DNA from: an uncultured Bacilli bacterium
GTDB lineage: Bacteria; Bacillota_I; Bacilli_A; RF39; UBA660
Length of the DNA stretch: 53,431 nt
Reading direction: 5' to 3'
Assembly: GCA_947626115.1 (NCBI GenBank)
Contig: CANQQX010000005.1
Span: 1-53,431, forward strand
Shown here piece by piece: positions 45,276-53,431 of this stretch (position 1 is its first letter; each line of letters begins with the position of its first letter). The translations under genes and the position numbers were made by a program. The notes beneath the pieces are model-generated. The model ran no database searches. It was given only the letters and a program-made list of their open reading frames with translations, and had not been told where the DNA came from.

Positions 45276-46037
45276 ATGGATTTTTTTGATTTTGTCAAAA
45301 CTAATAAATTTATCATTCTATTTATTAGTATTATAGCAAACATTATTTTACTCGGGTTATCAGGATATTTATTATATGAAAATCTAAATTATACTTGTGA
45401 TTGTCCGATAAATAATGATATTTCTAAAACAGAAGAAAAAGATGATTCTAAGACAAATATGTTTGTGGAAGTAAAAGGTGCAGTTTCTAAACCAGGTGTC
45501 TTTGCAGTTAAAAGTGATAATATCATTAATGATGTCATCAAACTTGCGGGTGGATTTACGAAAGATGCTTATACTAATAATATTAATTTAAGTCGTAAAG
45601 TATCTGATGAACTAGTTGTCTATGTTTATACCAATGCTGATATGAAAAAGAAAACTCAAGTAAGTGAAACAGTATGTAACTGTAGTAGTTATGATATCAG
45701 TAATTGCACTGAAAACAAGCAAAGTGAAATAGTTGCAAGTACTACCGATAGTAATGTTTCAATAAGTTCTAGTTCTAGTAGTAGTTCATCAAGTTCTTCT
45801 AGTACAACCAATAATACTAATAAAAATAGTACATCTAATCAAAAAAAGATAATTAATATTAATACGGCATCAAAATCAGAATTAACTTCTCTTAGTGGTA
45901 TTGGGGAAGCTAAAGCCGAAGATATTATTAATTATCGTACACAAAATGGTAATTTTAAAAGTATTGACGATATAAAAAATGTCAAAGGTATCGGTGATGC
46001 AATTTTTGCCAAAATTAAAGACTATATTACAGTCTAA
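45276..46037 (+). CDS. comEA: Competence DNA receptor ComEA
   Basis: TM, SLBB domain (VEVKGAVSKPGV), poly-Ser linker and HhH (ININTAS..L..LSGIGEAKA..II.YR). Confidence 0.93.
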   Translation: MDFFDFVKTNKFIILFISIIANIILLGLSGYLLYENLNYTCDCPINNDISKTEEKDDSKTNMFVEVKGAVSKPGVFAVKSDNIINDVIKLAGGFTKDAYTNNINLSRKVSDELVVYVYTNADMKKKTQVSETVCNCSSYDISNCTENKQSEIVASTTDSNVSISSSSSSSSSSSSSTTNNTNKNSTSNQKKIININTASKSELTSLSGIGEAKAEDIINYRTQNGNFKSIDDIKNVKGIGDAIFAKIKDYITV

Positions 46038-48015
46038 ATTGTTTTATATTTTTCTTTTTGTTCTACTTACTATCTATATTTTATTTACTACCGTAATTAT
46101 TAAATATAATTCTAAATTAGATAATCCAACTGAAATAGAAGGTTATGTAATAGATTTAACTAAAAAAGACGAATATATTAGTTTTATCATAAAAGGAGTA
46201 GAAAAAGTACAATGCAAATATTATTTAAATGGTAATAATATTGATACTAATATTTTAGGAAAGTATGTCAAATTAACTGGTAAAGTAAAAGAATTAAGTC
46301 ATAATACCATACCAAATACATTTGATTATAAAGATTATCTCTATCAAAATAAAATATATTTATCTTTTACCGCCAGTAATATAAAAATAATAAAAGATGA
46401 AAATATATTTTATAAAATTAAGAATAAAATAATTAAACATATTGATAGTTATGATAAAAATATTAAAACATATCTTAATTTATTTATTCTTGGAGATAAA
46501 TCATACTTAGATAGTAATACATCCAATGCTTATAAAACTAATGGGATATGGCATTTATTTGCTATTTCCGGAATGCATATCAGTTTTATAATTCTAGTAC
46601 TTGATAAAATACTTAAAAATATTAGATTTAAAAAAACTATTATATCTAGTATTCTATTTTATTTTATGTTTATTACTAGTTTTGCTGCTTCAGTTATGCG
46701 TTCAGTTATCTTTTATTTCTTAAAAAACATCTTAAATTATTTAGATATTCCCTTAGATAATAAAAGAGTACTTTTTCTCACCTGTTTTATTATTCTTATA
46801 ATAAATCCTTTTATGTTTTATAACACCGGATTTCAATATTCATTTTTAATTACCTTATCAATTATGCTTATGAGTAATAAAATTACCGGTAGTTATTTAA
46901 AACAAATATTTAAAATAAGTTTAATTTCCTTTATAGTTAGTATGCCAATTACGATAAATATGAATTATGAAATAAATATACTCAGTATATTTTTAAATAT
47001 CTTTTATGTACCACTTATTTCTGTGGTAATATTTCCTTTAAGTATTTTAGTGTTTATATTACCTTTCTTAAGTTTTCTCTTAAATATTTTTATTAATTTA
47101 TTAGAGATATCTACTAATATATTTTATAATTTAAAATTAAGTGTAATTATACCTAAGATGTCTACTATCTTAATAATGTTATATTATTTATTTTTATATT
47201 TATATTATAAGTATAAAAATTCTAAATTATTTTATTTAGTAATATTAATATTTAGTTTAAATTATCTTTATCCTAAATTAGATGGTAATTATTATGTCTA
47301 TTATTTAGATGTGGGACAGGGAGATTCAGCCCTTTTAGTAAGTCCCCACAAAGATGAAATAATAATGATTGATACGGGTGGAGTTGCAAATAGCGATTAT
47401 CATGTCTCAAATAATGTCATAACTTTTTTAAAAAGTTTAGGTATTTCTAAAATAAATTTGTTTATTGTAAGTCATGGGGATGCTGATCATGCGAAAGAAG
47501 CATTAAATTACTTAGAAAATTATCATGTCGATAATATTATTTTAAATAAAAATGCTTATAATAATTTAGAAAAAGAAATAAGTAAAAAAGGGCATATTGT
47601 AAGTAATTATCAAAGTAAATATTTTAATTTCCAAAATATTAATGATTATTTAAGTGATGATGAAAACTATAGTAGTATAATTACTTATTTAAATATTTAT
47701 AATTATAAATTTCTATTTATGGGTGATGCGCCGAAAGAAATAGAAGAGAAATTAATAGAAGATTATAATATCAAGGTTAACTTTTTAAAAATAGGTCATC
47801 ATGGTAGTGATACATCAACTAGTCCTAATTTTATTAATGTAGTGAGTCCTGATATTTCGGTAATTTCGGTTGGTAAAAATAATCGTTATGGTCATCCGAA
47901 AGAAAGTGTATTAGATACTTTAGCGGGTTACCAAGTATATAGAACAGATGAAAGTGGAACAATTGAAGTAAAAATAAAACAAAATAGGTATACAATTAAA
48001 ACATATATGCCTTAA
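45979..48015 (+). CDS. comEC: DNA uptake channel ComEC/Rec2
   Basis: HLFAISGMH, GFQYSF, DVGQGD, SHGDADH, GHHGS and YGHP. Confidence 0.95.
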   Translation: MSKVSVMQFLPKLKTILQSKLFYIFLFVLLTIYILFTTVIIKYNSKLDNPTEIEGYVIDLTKKDEYISFIIKGVEKVQCKYYLNGNNIDTNILGKYVKLTGKVKELSHNTIPNTFDYKDYLYQNKIYLSFTASNIKIIKDENIFYKIKNKIIKHIDSYDKNIKTYLNLFILGDKSYLDSNTSNAYKTNGIWHLFAISGMHISFIILVLDKILKNIRFKKTIISSILFYFMFITSFAASVMRSVIFYFLKNILNYLDIPLDNKRVLFLTCFIILIINPFMFYNTGFQYSFLITLSIMLMSNKITGSYLKQIFKISLISFIVSMPITINMNYEINILSIFLNIFYVPLISVVIFPLSILVFILPFLSFLLNIFINLLEISTNIFYNLKLSVIIPKMSTILIMLYYLFLYLYYKYKNSKLFYLVILIFSLNYLYPKLDGNYYVYYLDVGQGDSALLVSPHKDEIIMIDTGGVANSDYHVSNNVITFLKSLGISKINLFIVSHGDADHAKEALNYLENYHVDNIILNKNAYNNLEKEISKKGHIVSNYQSKYFNFQNINDYLSDDENYSSIITYLNIYNYKFLFMGDAPKEIEEKLIEDYNIKVNFLKIGHHGSDTSTSPNFINVVSPDISVISVGKNNRYGHPKESVLDTLAGYQVYRTDESGTIEVKIKQNRYTIKTYMP

Positions 48016-48017
48016 AT

Positions 48018-48079
48018 AAAAACAGATTGACTACGATGGGGACAATAAAGTCTTACCACCTTACAGTCAATCTGTTTTT
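48018..48079 (-). ncRNA. Candidate ~60-nt hairpin RNA (also usable as the comEC terminator)
   Basis: 15-bp perfect outer stem AAAAACAGATTGACT/AGTCAATCTGTTTTT with inner stems. Minus-strand TTGACT-18-TGaTAATAT promoter at 48112-48083. Confidence 0.4.
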
Positions 48080-48193
48080 TAGATATTATCATATTTCAAT
48101 TACAAAAGTCAATTCTTGTTTTAAGAAAATTCTACATATAATAGAGAAAAATAAAATTATCTTGTGATACAATATAGTTGTAGGAGGAAAAAT

Positions 48194-48922
48194 ATGAATA
48201 GTCTTGGTGAAAAAATAAAAAACTTAAGATTAGAAAATAATTTAACACAAGAAATGCTTGCGGACCAGTTATTTGTATCTAATAAAACTATTTCCAGTTG
48301 GGAATGTGATAGAACAATTCCGGATATCAATATGTTATTTAAATTATCTAGTATATTTCATTGCAATTTGTATTCTTTATTAGATCAAAATTATTATAAT
48401 AATATTCCATTAGAAATAGAGATTAAGTTAAAAGTTCATAATAATGAATATAAAAGGTTATTGAATATATTAAAAGATAAAAGTAATAATATAAAAGAAG
48501 TAACAGAAAAAGATATTTATTTTAACATTCCAACTAAAAAAGAATACAAAGAAGTATTAAGAATTAGAAAAGAAAATGATTTATATATATTAAGTTATAA
48601 AAAAGAAAATAGTGATAAAACACGTGATGAATTTGAAACTATTATTGATAATTATGATAATTTAGAAAAAATACTTTTAAATTTAGGATTAGAAAAGAAA
48701 GGTATTATAGAGAAAAAGAGAACTAAAATATTATATAAAAATAAATATGAATTTGCATTTGATGAAGTAAAAGATATCGGTAAATTTATTGAAATTGAAG
48801 TAAAAAATATTGAGTTTAGTCATATAGAAGAAATAAATGGATTAATGGATATTATAAATGAATTTAAAATTGATATAAATTTAATTACTGATAAAAAATA
48901 TAATGAATATTTGGAGGTTTAA
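48194..48922 (+). CDS. XRE-family HTH fused to a CYTH (class IV adenylyl cyclase/triphosphatase-like) domain
   Basis: LTQEMLADQLFVSNKTISSWE followed by EIEIK, LRIRK, K.R and IEIE. RBS AGGAGG. Confidence 0.85.
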   Translation: MNSLGEKIKNLRLENNLTQEMLADQLFVSNKTISSWECDRTIPDINMLFKLSSIFHCNLYSLLDQNYYNNIPLEIEIKLKVHNNEYKRLLNILKDKSNNIKEVTEKDIYFNIPTKKEYKEVLRIRKENDLYILSYKKENSDKTRDEFETIIDNYDNLEKILLNLGLEKKGIIEKKRTKILYKNKYEFAFDEVKDIGKFIEIEVKNIEFSHIEEINGLMDIINEFKIDINLITDKKYNEYLEV

Positions 48923-49449
48923 TGAAAAGAGAAGAATTATTATATATTAAAAAAAGATTACAAGAATTAAAGAAGGAAAGAGATAAATCAACAAATTTTA
49001 ATTCAGAAGAAGAACTTCAACAATCTAATCAAAGTGATTATAATTTGCTATTACGAATATTAAATAATTTTAAACTTTCAGAAACAAACGGAATTTATGT
49101 TTGTACAGATGCTTATTATTTTAGTCAATGGATAGGCCTTTTAGATTCTGAAACTTATAGTGTTCAAACTGCTATTGATTTTAAAGGAATAGATGGAAGG
49201 TTTTATTGTGATGTTGAGGATAATAAATTTATTGTAGGAACTATGGATAAAGAAGAAGCATTAAGATGGAAAGGTGATAGATATTATATTCCAGATTTTG
49301 AAAAAGAACATATTATATTAAATCCTTATAATACACCTGAAAATTTAAATGGCTATTTTGAAGTAAAAAAAGATTTTTGGGAGAATGCTGTAAAATATGG
49401 CCAAGAAAAAGCAAAGAAATTAATATTAAATAAATATCCAAGATTATAG
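48922..49449 (+). CDS. Hypothetical protein
   Basis: Coupled to the upstream gene (TAATG). RBS GGAGG. Confidence 0.8.
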   Translation: MKREELLYIKKRLQELKKERDKSTNFNSEEELQQSNQSDYNLLLRILNNFKLSETNGIYVCTDAYYFSQWIGLLDSETYSVQTAIDFKGIDGRFYCDVEDNKFIVGTMDKEEALRWKGDRYYIPDFEKEHIILNPYNTPENLNGYFEVKKDFWENAVKYGQEKAKKLILNKYPRL

Positions 49450-49520
49450 GAAAAAATAACTATACAAAGAATAATTATTACCATAAAATATAATACATTA
49501 TATAATGTTTAAATAGAATA

Positions 49521-49544
49521 GTGAGCGTACGCTCATTTTCTTTT
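49521..49544 (+). terminator. Intrinsic terminator
   Basis: GTGAGC-GTAC-GCTCAT plus T-run. Confidence 0.7.
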
Positions 49545-49608
49545 GTCTAAAACTTTTCAATTTAACATTTTTGGTATATAATATATTTTGCTTAAAAAGA
49601 GGGATAAT

Positions 49609-50310
49609 ATGGCTTATATTGAATTTAAGAATGTTTGTAAAACTTATCAAATGGGAGAAGTAAAAATAAATGCTTTAAATAATACTTCATTTAATATTGA
49701 AAAAGGCGAACTTGTGGTTATTTTAGGTCCATCTGGGGCAGGGAAAACAACTTGTTTAAATATTTTAGGAGGAATGGATAATGCCACAAGTGGGGAAGTA
49801 ATCATTGATGGTGAAGATATAACTAAACTTTCTCGTAAAAAGTTAATCGATTTTCGCAGACATGATATTGGTTTTGTTTTTCAATTTTATAATTTAGTTC
49901 AAAATTTAACTGCTAAAGAAAATGTTGAACTAGCAGTGCAATTATGCAAAGACCATTTAAGTCCCAATAAAATACTTGATAAAGTTGGCTTAAAGGAAAG
50001 AAAAAATAATTTTCCATCTCAACTTTCTGGTGGTGAACAACAAAGAGTAGCTATTGCGAGAGCCATTGCTAAAAATCCTAAACTTTTATTATGTGATGAA
50101 CCAACTGGAGCTCTTGACTATAAAACTGGTAAACAAATTTTAAAATTATTGGAAGATACATCTAAATTAGGTAAAATGACAATCGTTATAGTTACTCATA
50201 ATAGTGCTATTGCTGATATGGCAGATAAAGTTATTAAATTTAAAAATGGCGGAGTAGAAGACATCATTATTAATAAAAATCCTAAAGATGTTGCGGATTT
50301 AGAGTGGTAA
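49609..50310 (+). CDS. ABC transporter ATP-binding protein (LolD/MacB-like)
   Basis: [22 protein letters not shown] and DEPTGALD. Confidence 0.95.
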   Translation: MAYIEFKNVCKTYQMGEVKINALNNTSFNIEKGELVVILGPSGAGKTTCLNILGGMDNATSGEVIIDGEDITKLSRKKLIDFRRHDIGFVFQFYNLVQNLTAKENVELAVQLCKDHLSPNKILDKVGLKERKNNFPSQLSGGEQQRVAIARAIAKNPKLLLCDEPTGALDYKTGKQILKLLEDTSKLGKMTIVIVTHNSAIADMADKVIKFKNGGVEDIIINKNPKDVADLEW

Positions 50311-50312
50311 AA

Positions 50313-53306
50313 ATGAAAAATAGAATAATTACTAATAGTTTGCGTTCGATAAAGAACTCATTTTCAAGATTTATTCCACTCTTAATAATGAGTTTTCTTG
50401 GTGTATTTGTCTATGCCGGCTTAAACGCTACTAAACCCGATATGATAAATGCTTTAGATAATTTTCTTGATAGTCATAATGTTTATGATTTGAAAATAAT
50501 TTCTACTTTAGGTTTAACAAAAGATGATAGAGATGCCCTAAATAAAATTAAAGGAGTTAAAAATGCAGAATATTCTTATAGTAAAGATGTTTTAATAAAT
50601 GATAATGATGAAGAATTAGTTATAAATATTGCATCACTTCCTAATAATATAAATACACTTAAATTAGTTAAAGGAAGATTACCTAATGCTAAAAATGAAA
50701 TAGTATTAGAGAATAATTTTATTACTAAAACAAGTTATAAAATTGGTGATACTTTAGTAGTTAAAGATAATGATGTTAATGAAGAAAACTTTATCATAGT
50801 GGGAACAGTTGAAAGTGGTCTTTATTTTAATAATGTTAGACTTAATCAAGATCGAGGGACAACTACGATTGGTTCAGGGACAATTAATTATTATGCTTAT
50901 GTTTTAGAAGACAATTTTAAAATGGATTATTATAATGCTATATATGTTACAGTTGCTAACGCTAAAGAAATGATAACTAATGATAAAGAATATCAAGATT
51001 TAATTAATAAATATGAAGAAAAAATTGAGAATATTAAAAGTAAACAAGAAGATAATCGTTATCAATCTTTATATAATGAATTAAATGATGAAATAGAAAA
51101 AAATGAAAAAGAAGCAAATAATAATTTTACTCAAGCTAAAAAAGAACTAGATAAAGCGCAAAGTAAACTAACTAAAACGAAAAAAGAATTGGATACGGCT
51201 AAAACTAATTTAAATGATTATAAAAATAAGTTAGATAAAGCGAAAATTGAAATAACTAATAATGAAAATGCTTTAAATAAAGTATTTCAAGATAATAATA
51301 TAACAAAAGAAACTTTAAATGATACGATTAAATTATTAGATGAACAAATAAAAAATTTAGAATTAGTTATAAAAGAATTAGATCAAAATTCCAAAACATA
51401 TCAAGAATATAATTTAAAATTAACTAATTTAAAAAATAATTATAATACATTAAATGAATTAAAAATAAAAAATGATGCAATAAACACTGCTAAAGATGAA
51501 TATCAAACTAATTTAGCGAGTTATAATACTTTAAATAATCAATATGAAAAAGGATTAAAAGAGTATAATAGTGGTTTAAAAGAATATAATGATAGTTTAT
51601 CTAAATATAAAAAAGAAAAACAAAATGCTGAAGAGAAAATAAAAGATGCCAAAGATGAATTAAATAATTTAGAAAAACCAACTTGGTATATAAATACTAG
51701 ACTAGATTATCAAACTTATGGTGATTATATTGATGATGTTTTAAGTATTGCAAATTTATCGAAAATATTTCCTTTAGTATTTTTTGCGGTTGCTATATTA
51801 GTTAGTTTAATTTCAATGAATAGATTAGTAGAAGATGATCGTATTGAAATTGGTACTTTAAAATCTCTTGGTTTTAAAAATAAAGAAATAATTATTAAAT
51901 ATATTTTATTTGCTAGTCTAGCCGTAATTATTGGTGGTATTATCGGTGGTATTCTTGGTGTAATTATTATTCCAAGCATTATATCAAGTATTTATAATAT
52001 GCTCTTTAATGTTCCAAATTTCAAAATATATTATAATTTTAAAATTATTCTTTTAAGTATGCTTATTGCTATTATCTGTATTGGTGGTAGTACAATTTAT
52101 ACAGTTTTAAAAGTAATAAAAGAAAAACCTGCTGATTTAATGCGACCTAAAGCCCCTAAAAATGGTAAAAGAGTATTATTAGAAAAAATATCATTTATTT
52201 GGAATCATTTAAGTTTTTCCAATAAAATTACGGTGAGAAATTTAATGCGTTATAAAAAAAGGGGTATAGTTACCATTATTGGTATTGCCGGTTGTAGTGC
52301 TCTTTTATTATGTGGCTTTGGTATTAGAGATGCTATTATAGATATAGGTAATATGCAATATCAAGAAACATTTAAATTTAATGCTATGGTCTATTTAAAT
52401 GGTGATATTAAAAAAGATACTTTTTCTAATTCTAATATTACGGCAATAGTACCATCAGAAAATATTAAAGTAAAACAAAATAAAATAAGTGCTAATTTAT
52501 TTGTAGTAAATAAAGATGAAATAGAAAAAATAGTTAACTTAAAAGATAAAAATAAGCAAAAATTAAAGTTAGAAAAAGATAAAGTAATAATAACTGATAA
52601 ATTTGCTGATTTAAATAATTTACATATTGGTGATAAAGTAAATTTACTTGATGATAATAATAATGTCTATAGTTATGAAATAAGTGGTATTACTAAAAAT
52701 TATTTAATGCATTATATTTATCTAGATGAAGATACTTTTAGTAAAAAATATGAATATAAACCTAATGTAGTATATTTAAATACGAAAGATATATCATCTT
52801 CTAAAAGAGAAAATCTAGCTACTGAAATTAGAAATAATGATGAAGTATTAAGTATTACATTTATGGAGGATTTAGTTAAATCAGCTGATAATATGTTAAA
52901 GTCATTAAATAAAGTAGTCTTAATTATTTTAGTTTTAGCAGCCTCTCTTTCCTTTGTCGTTTTATATAATTTATCATCTATTAATATTAATGAACGAAAA
53001 AGAGAAATATCTACTTTAAAAGTTTTAGGATTTCATGACCATGAAGTAGATCACTATATAACTAAAGAAAATATTATTTTTACTATTTTTGGTATTATAA
53101 TTGGTTTAATTTTAGGTTATTTCCTAACTAATTTTGTTATTGTAACTGTGGAAATAGAAAAAGCTAGATTTATTCATCATATAAGTATTTATAGTTATTT
53201 ATATACTATTATTATAACTTTTATATTTACTTTCTTAGTTAATTTTGTAACCCATTTTAATTTAAAGAAAATAGATATGATAGCGTCTTTAAAGAGTGTT
53301 GATTAA
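50313..53306 (+). CDS. FtsX-like ABC permease with long extracellular coiled coil
   Basis: Two FtsX-like halves (EIGTLKSLG, EISTLKVLG) and a central coiled coil. Confidence 0.92.
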   Translation: MKNRIITNSLRSIKNSFSRFIPLLIMSFLGVFVYAGLNATKPDMINALDNFLDSHNVYDLKIISTLGLTKDDRDALNKIKGVKNAEYSYSKDVLINDNDEELVINIASLPNNINTLKLVKGRLPNAKNEIVLENNFITKTSYKIGDTLVVKDNDVNEENFIIVGTVESGLYFNNVRLNQDRGTTTIGSGTINYYAYVLEDNFKMDYYNAIYVTVANAKEMITNDKEYQDLINKYEEKIENIKSKQEDNRYQSLYNELNDEIEKNEKEANNNFTQAKKELDKAQSKLTKTKKELDTAKTNLNDYKNKLDKAKIEITNNENALNKVFQDNNITKETLNDTIKLLDEQIKNLELVIKELDQNSKTYQEYNLKLTNLKNNYNTLNELKIKNDAINTAKDEYQTNLASYNTLNNQYEKGLKEYNSGLKEYNDSLSKYKKEKQNAEEKIKDAKDELNNLEKPTWYINTRLDYQTYGDYIDDVLSIANLSKIFPLVFFAVAILVSLISMNRLVEDDRIEIGTLKSLGFKNKEIIIKYILFASLAVIIGGIIGGILGVIIIPSIISSIYNMLFNVPNFKIYYNFKIILLSMLIAIICIGGSTIYTVLKVIKEKPADLMRPKAPKNGKRVLLEKISFIWNHLSFSNKITVRNLMRYKKRGIVTIIGIAGCSALLLCGFGIRDAIIDIGNMQYQETFKFNAMVYLNGDIKKDTFSNSNITAIVPSENIKVKQNKISANLFVVNKDEIEKIVNLKDKNKQKLKLEKDKVIITDKFADLNNLHIGDKVNLLDDNNNVYSYEISGITKNYLMHYIYLDEDTFSKKYEYKPNVVYLNTKDISSSKRENLATEIRNNDEVLSITFMEDLVKSADNMLKSLNKVVLIILVLAASLSFVVLYNLSSININERKREISTLKVLGFHDHEVDHYITKENIIFTIFGIIIGLILGYFLTNFVIVTVEIEKARFIHHISIYSYLYTIIITFIFTFLVNFVTHFNLKKIDMIASLKSVD

Positions 53307-53309
53307 TTA

Positions 53310-53345
53310 AAAAATACATTAGATATTATAACTAGTGTATTTTTT
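53310..53345 (+). terminator. Intrinsic terminator
   Basis: AAAAATACATTAG / CTAGTGTATTTTT. Confidence 0.7.
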
Positions 53346-53393
53346 ATTGTTTAACTTATTTACTATTTTTTTTATTAATGAGATAATAATTAT

Positions 53394-53431
53394 ATGAATA
53401 CATATTTATTAGTTAGTGAAACAAATTATTT
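53394..53431 (+). CDS. 5' end of a gene truncated by the window edge (possibly holA)
   Basis: ATG 53394 reads MNTYLLVSETNY and is open to the edge. holA commonly follows comEC. Confidence 0.3.
   Translation, partial: MNTYLLVSETNY

Noticed and set aside
45764-45803. AGT/TCT-rich repeat in comEA as a contingency locus
   Set aside because: Mixed Ser codons encode an in-frame flexible linker, which is common in ComEA.
51060-51680. Repetitive Lys/Glu/Asn-rich segment in the ABC permease
   Set aside because: An ordinary coiled-coil insertion typical of this FtsX-like permease family, with no exact DNA repeats.
717-51979. Short opposite-strand or alternate-frame ORFs (e.g. 717-911, 7722-7928, 9300-9482, 9545-9835, 14040-14282, 17059-17301, 17981-18199, 25118-25357, 25137-25430, 27311-27523, 27731-28075, 29654-36147 set, 36968-37306, 38092-38310, 38342-38674, 39008-39226, 42412-42963, 51725-51979)
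   Set aside because: They lie within well-supported genes, have shadow-ORF composition, and show no recognisable motifs.

Overview
A 53.4 kb AT-rich chromosomal segment read with the standard genetic code. It comes from a walled, low-GC Bacillota genome. Gene style and content resemble the uncultured gut Bacilli RF39 lineage, which is an inference. The housekeeping backbone is def, lepA-hemW, murG-murB-ftsQ-queH, rpsB-tsf, xerC, ppdK, an ftsW-family gene, comEA-comEC and an ABC exporter, with accessory loci in between. Four things stand out. (1) A compact operon encodes AcpS, an atypical ACP, a CocE/NonD hydrolase, a Pta-like acyltransferase that appears to lack both CoA-binding arginines, butyrate kinase and a membrane protein. 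It is a candidate CoA-independent acyl-ACP activation and transfer system. (2) Three copies of a promoter, TTGATT-CTC-G8-TATA(T/C)-TATAAT, carry a poly-G tract inside the -35/-10 spacer, each in front of surface-protein genes. They are candidate slipped-strand phase-variation switches. (3) Three paralogous membrane-anchored FGE-sulfatase/C-type-lectin-fold proteins have hypervariable, adenine-poor C-termini like those of DGR targets, and look mosaic. No RT or template repeat is in the window. (4) A 3075-aa M26/Zmp-type metalloprotease carries both a cohesin-like and a dockerin-like domain. There are also several promoter-plus-hairpin small-RNA candidates and two orphan Rpn C-terminal genes. 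I found no rRNA, tRNA or CRISPR array.
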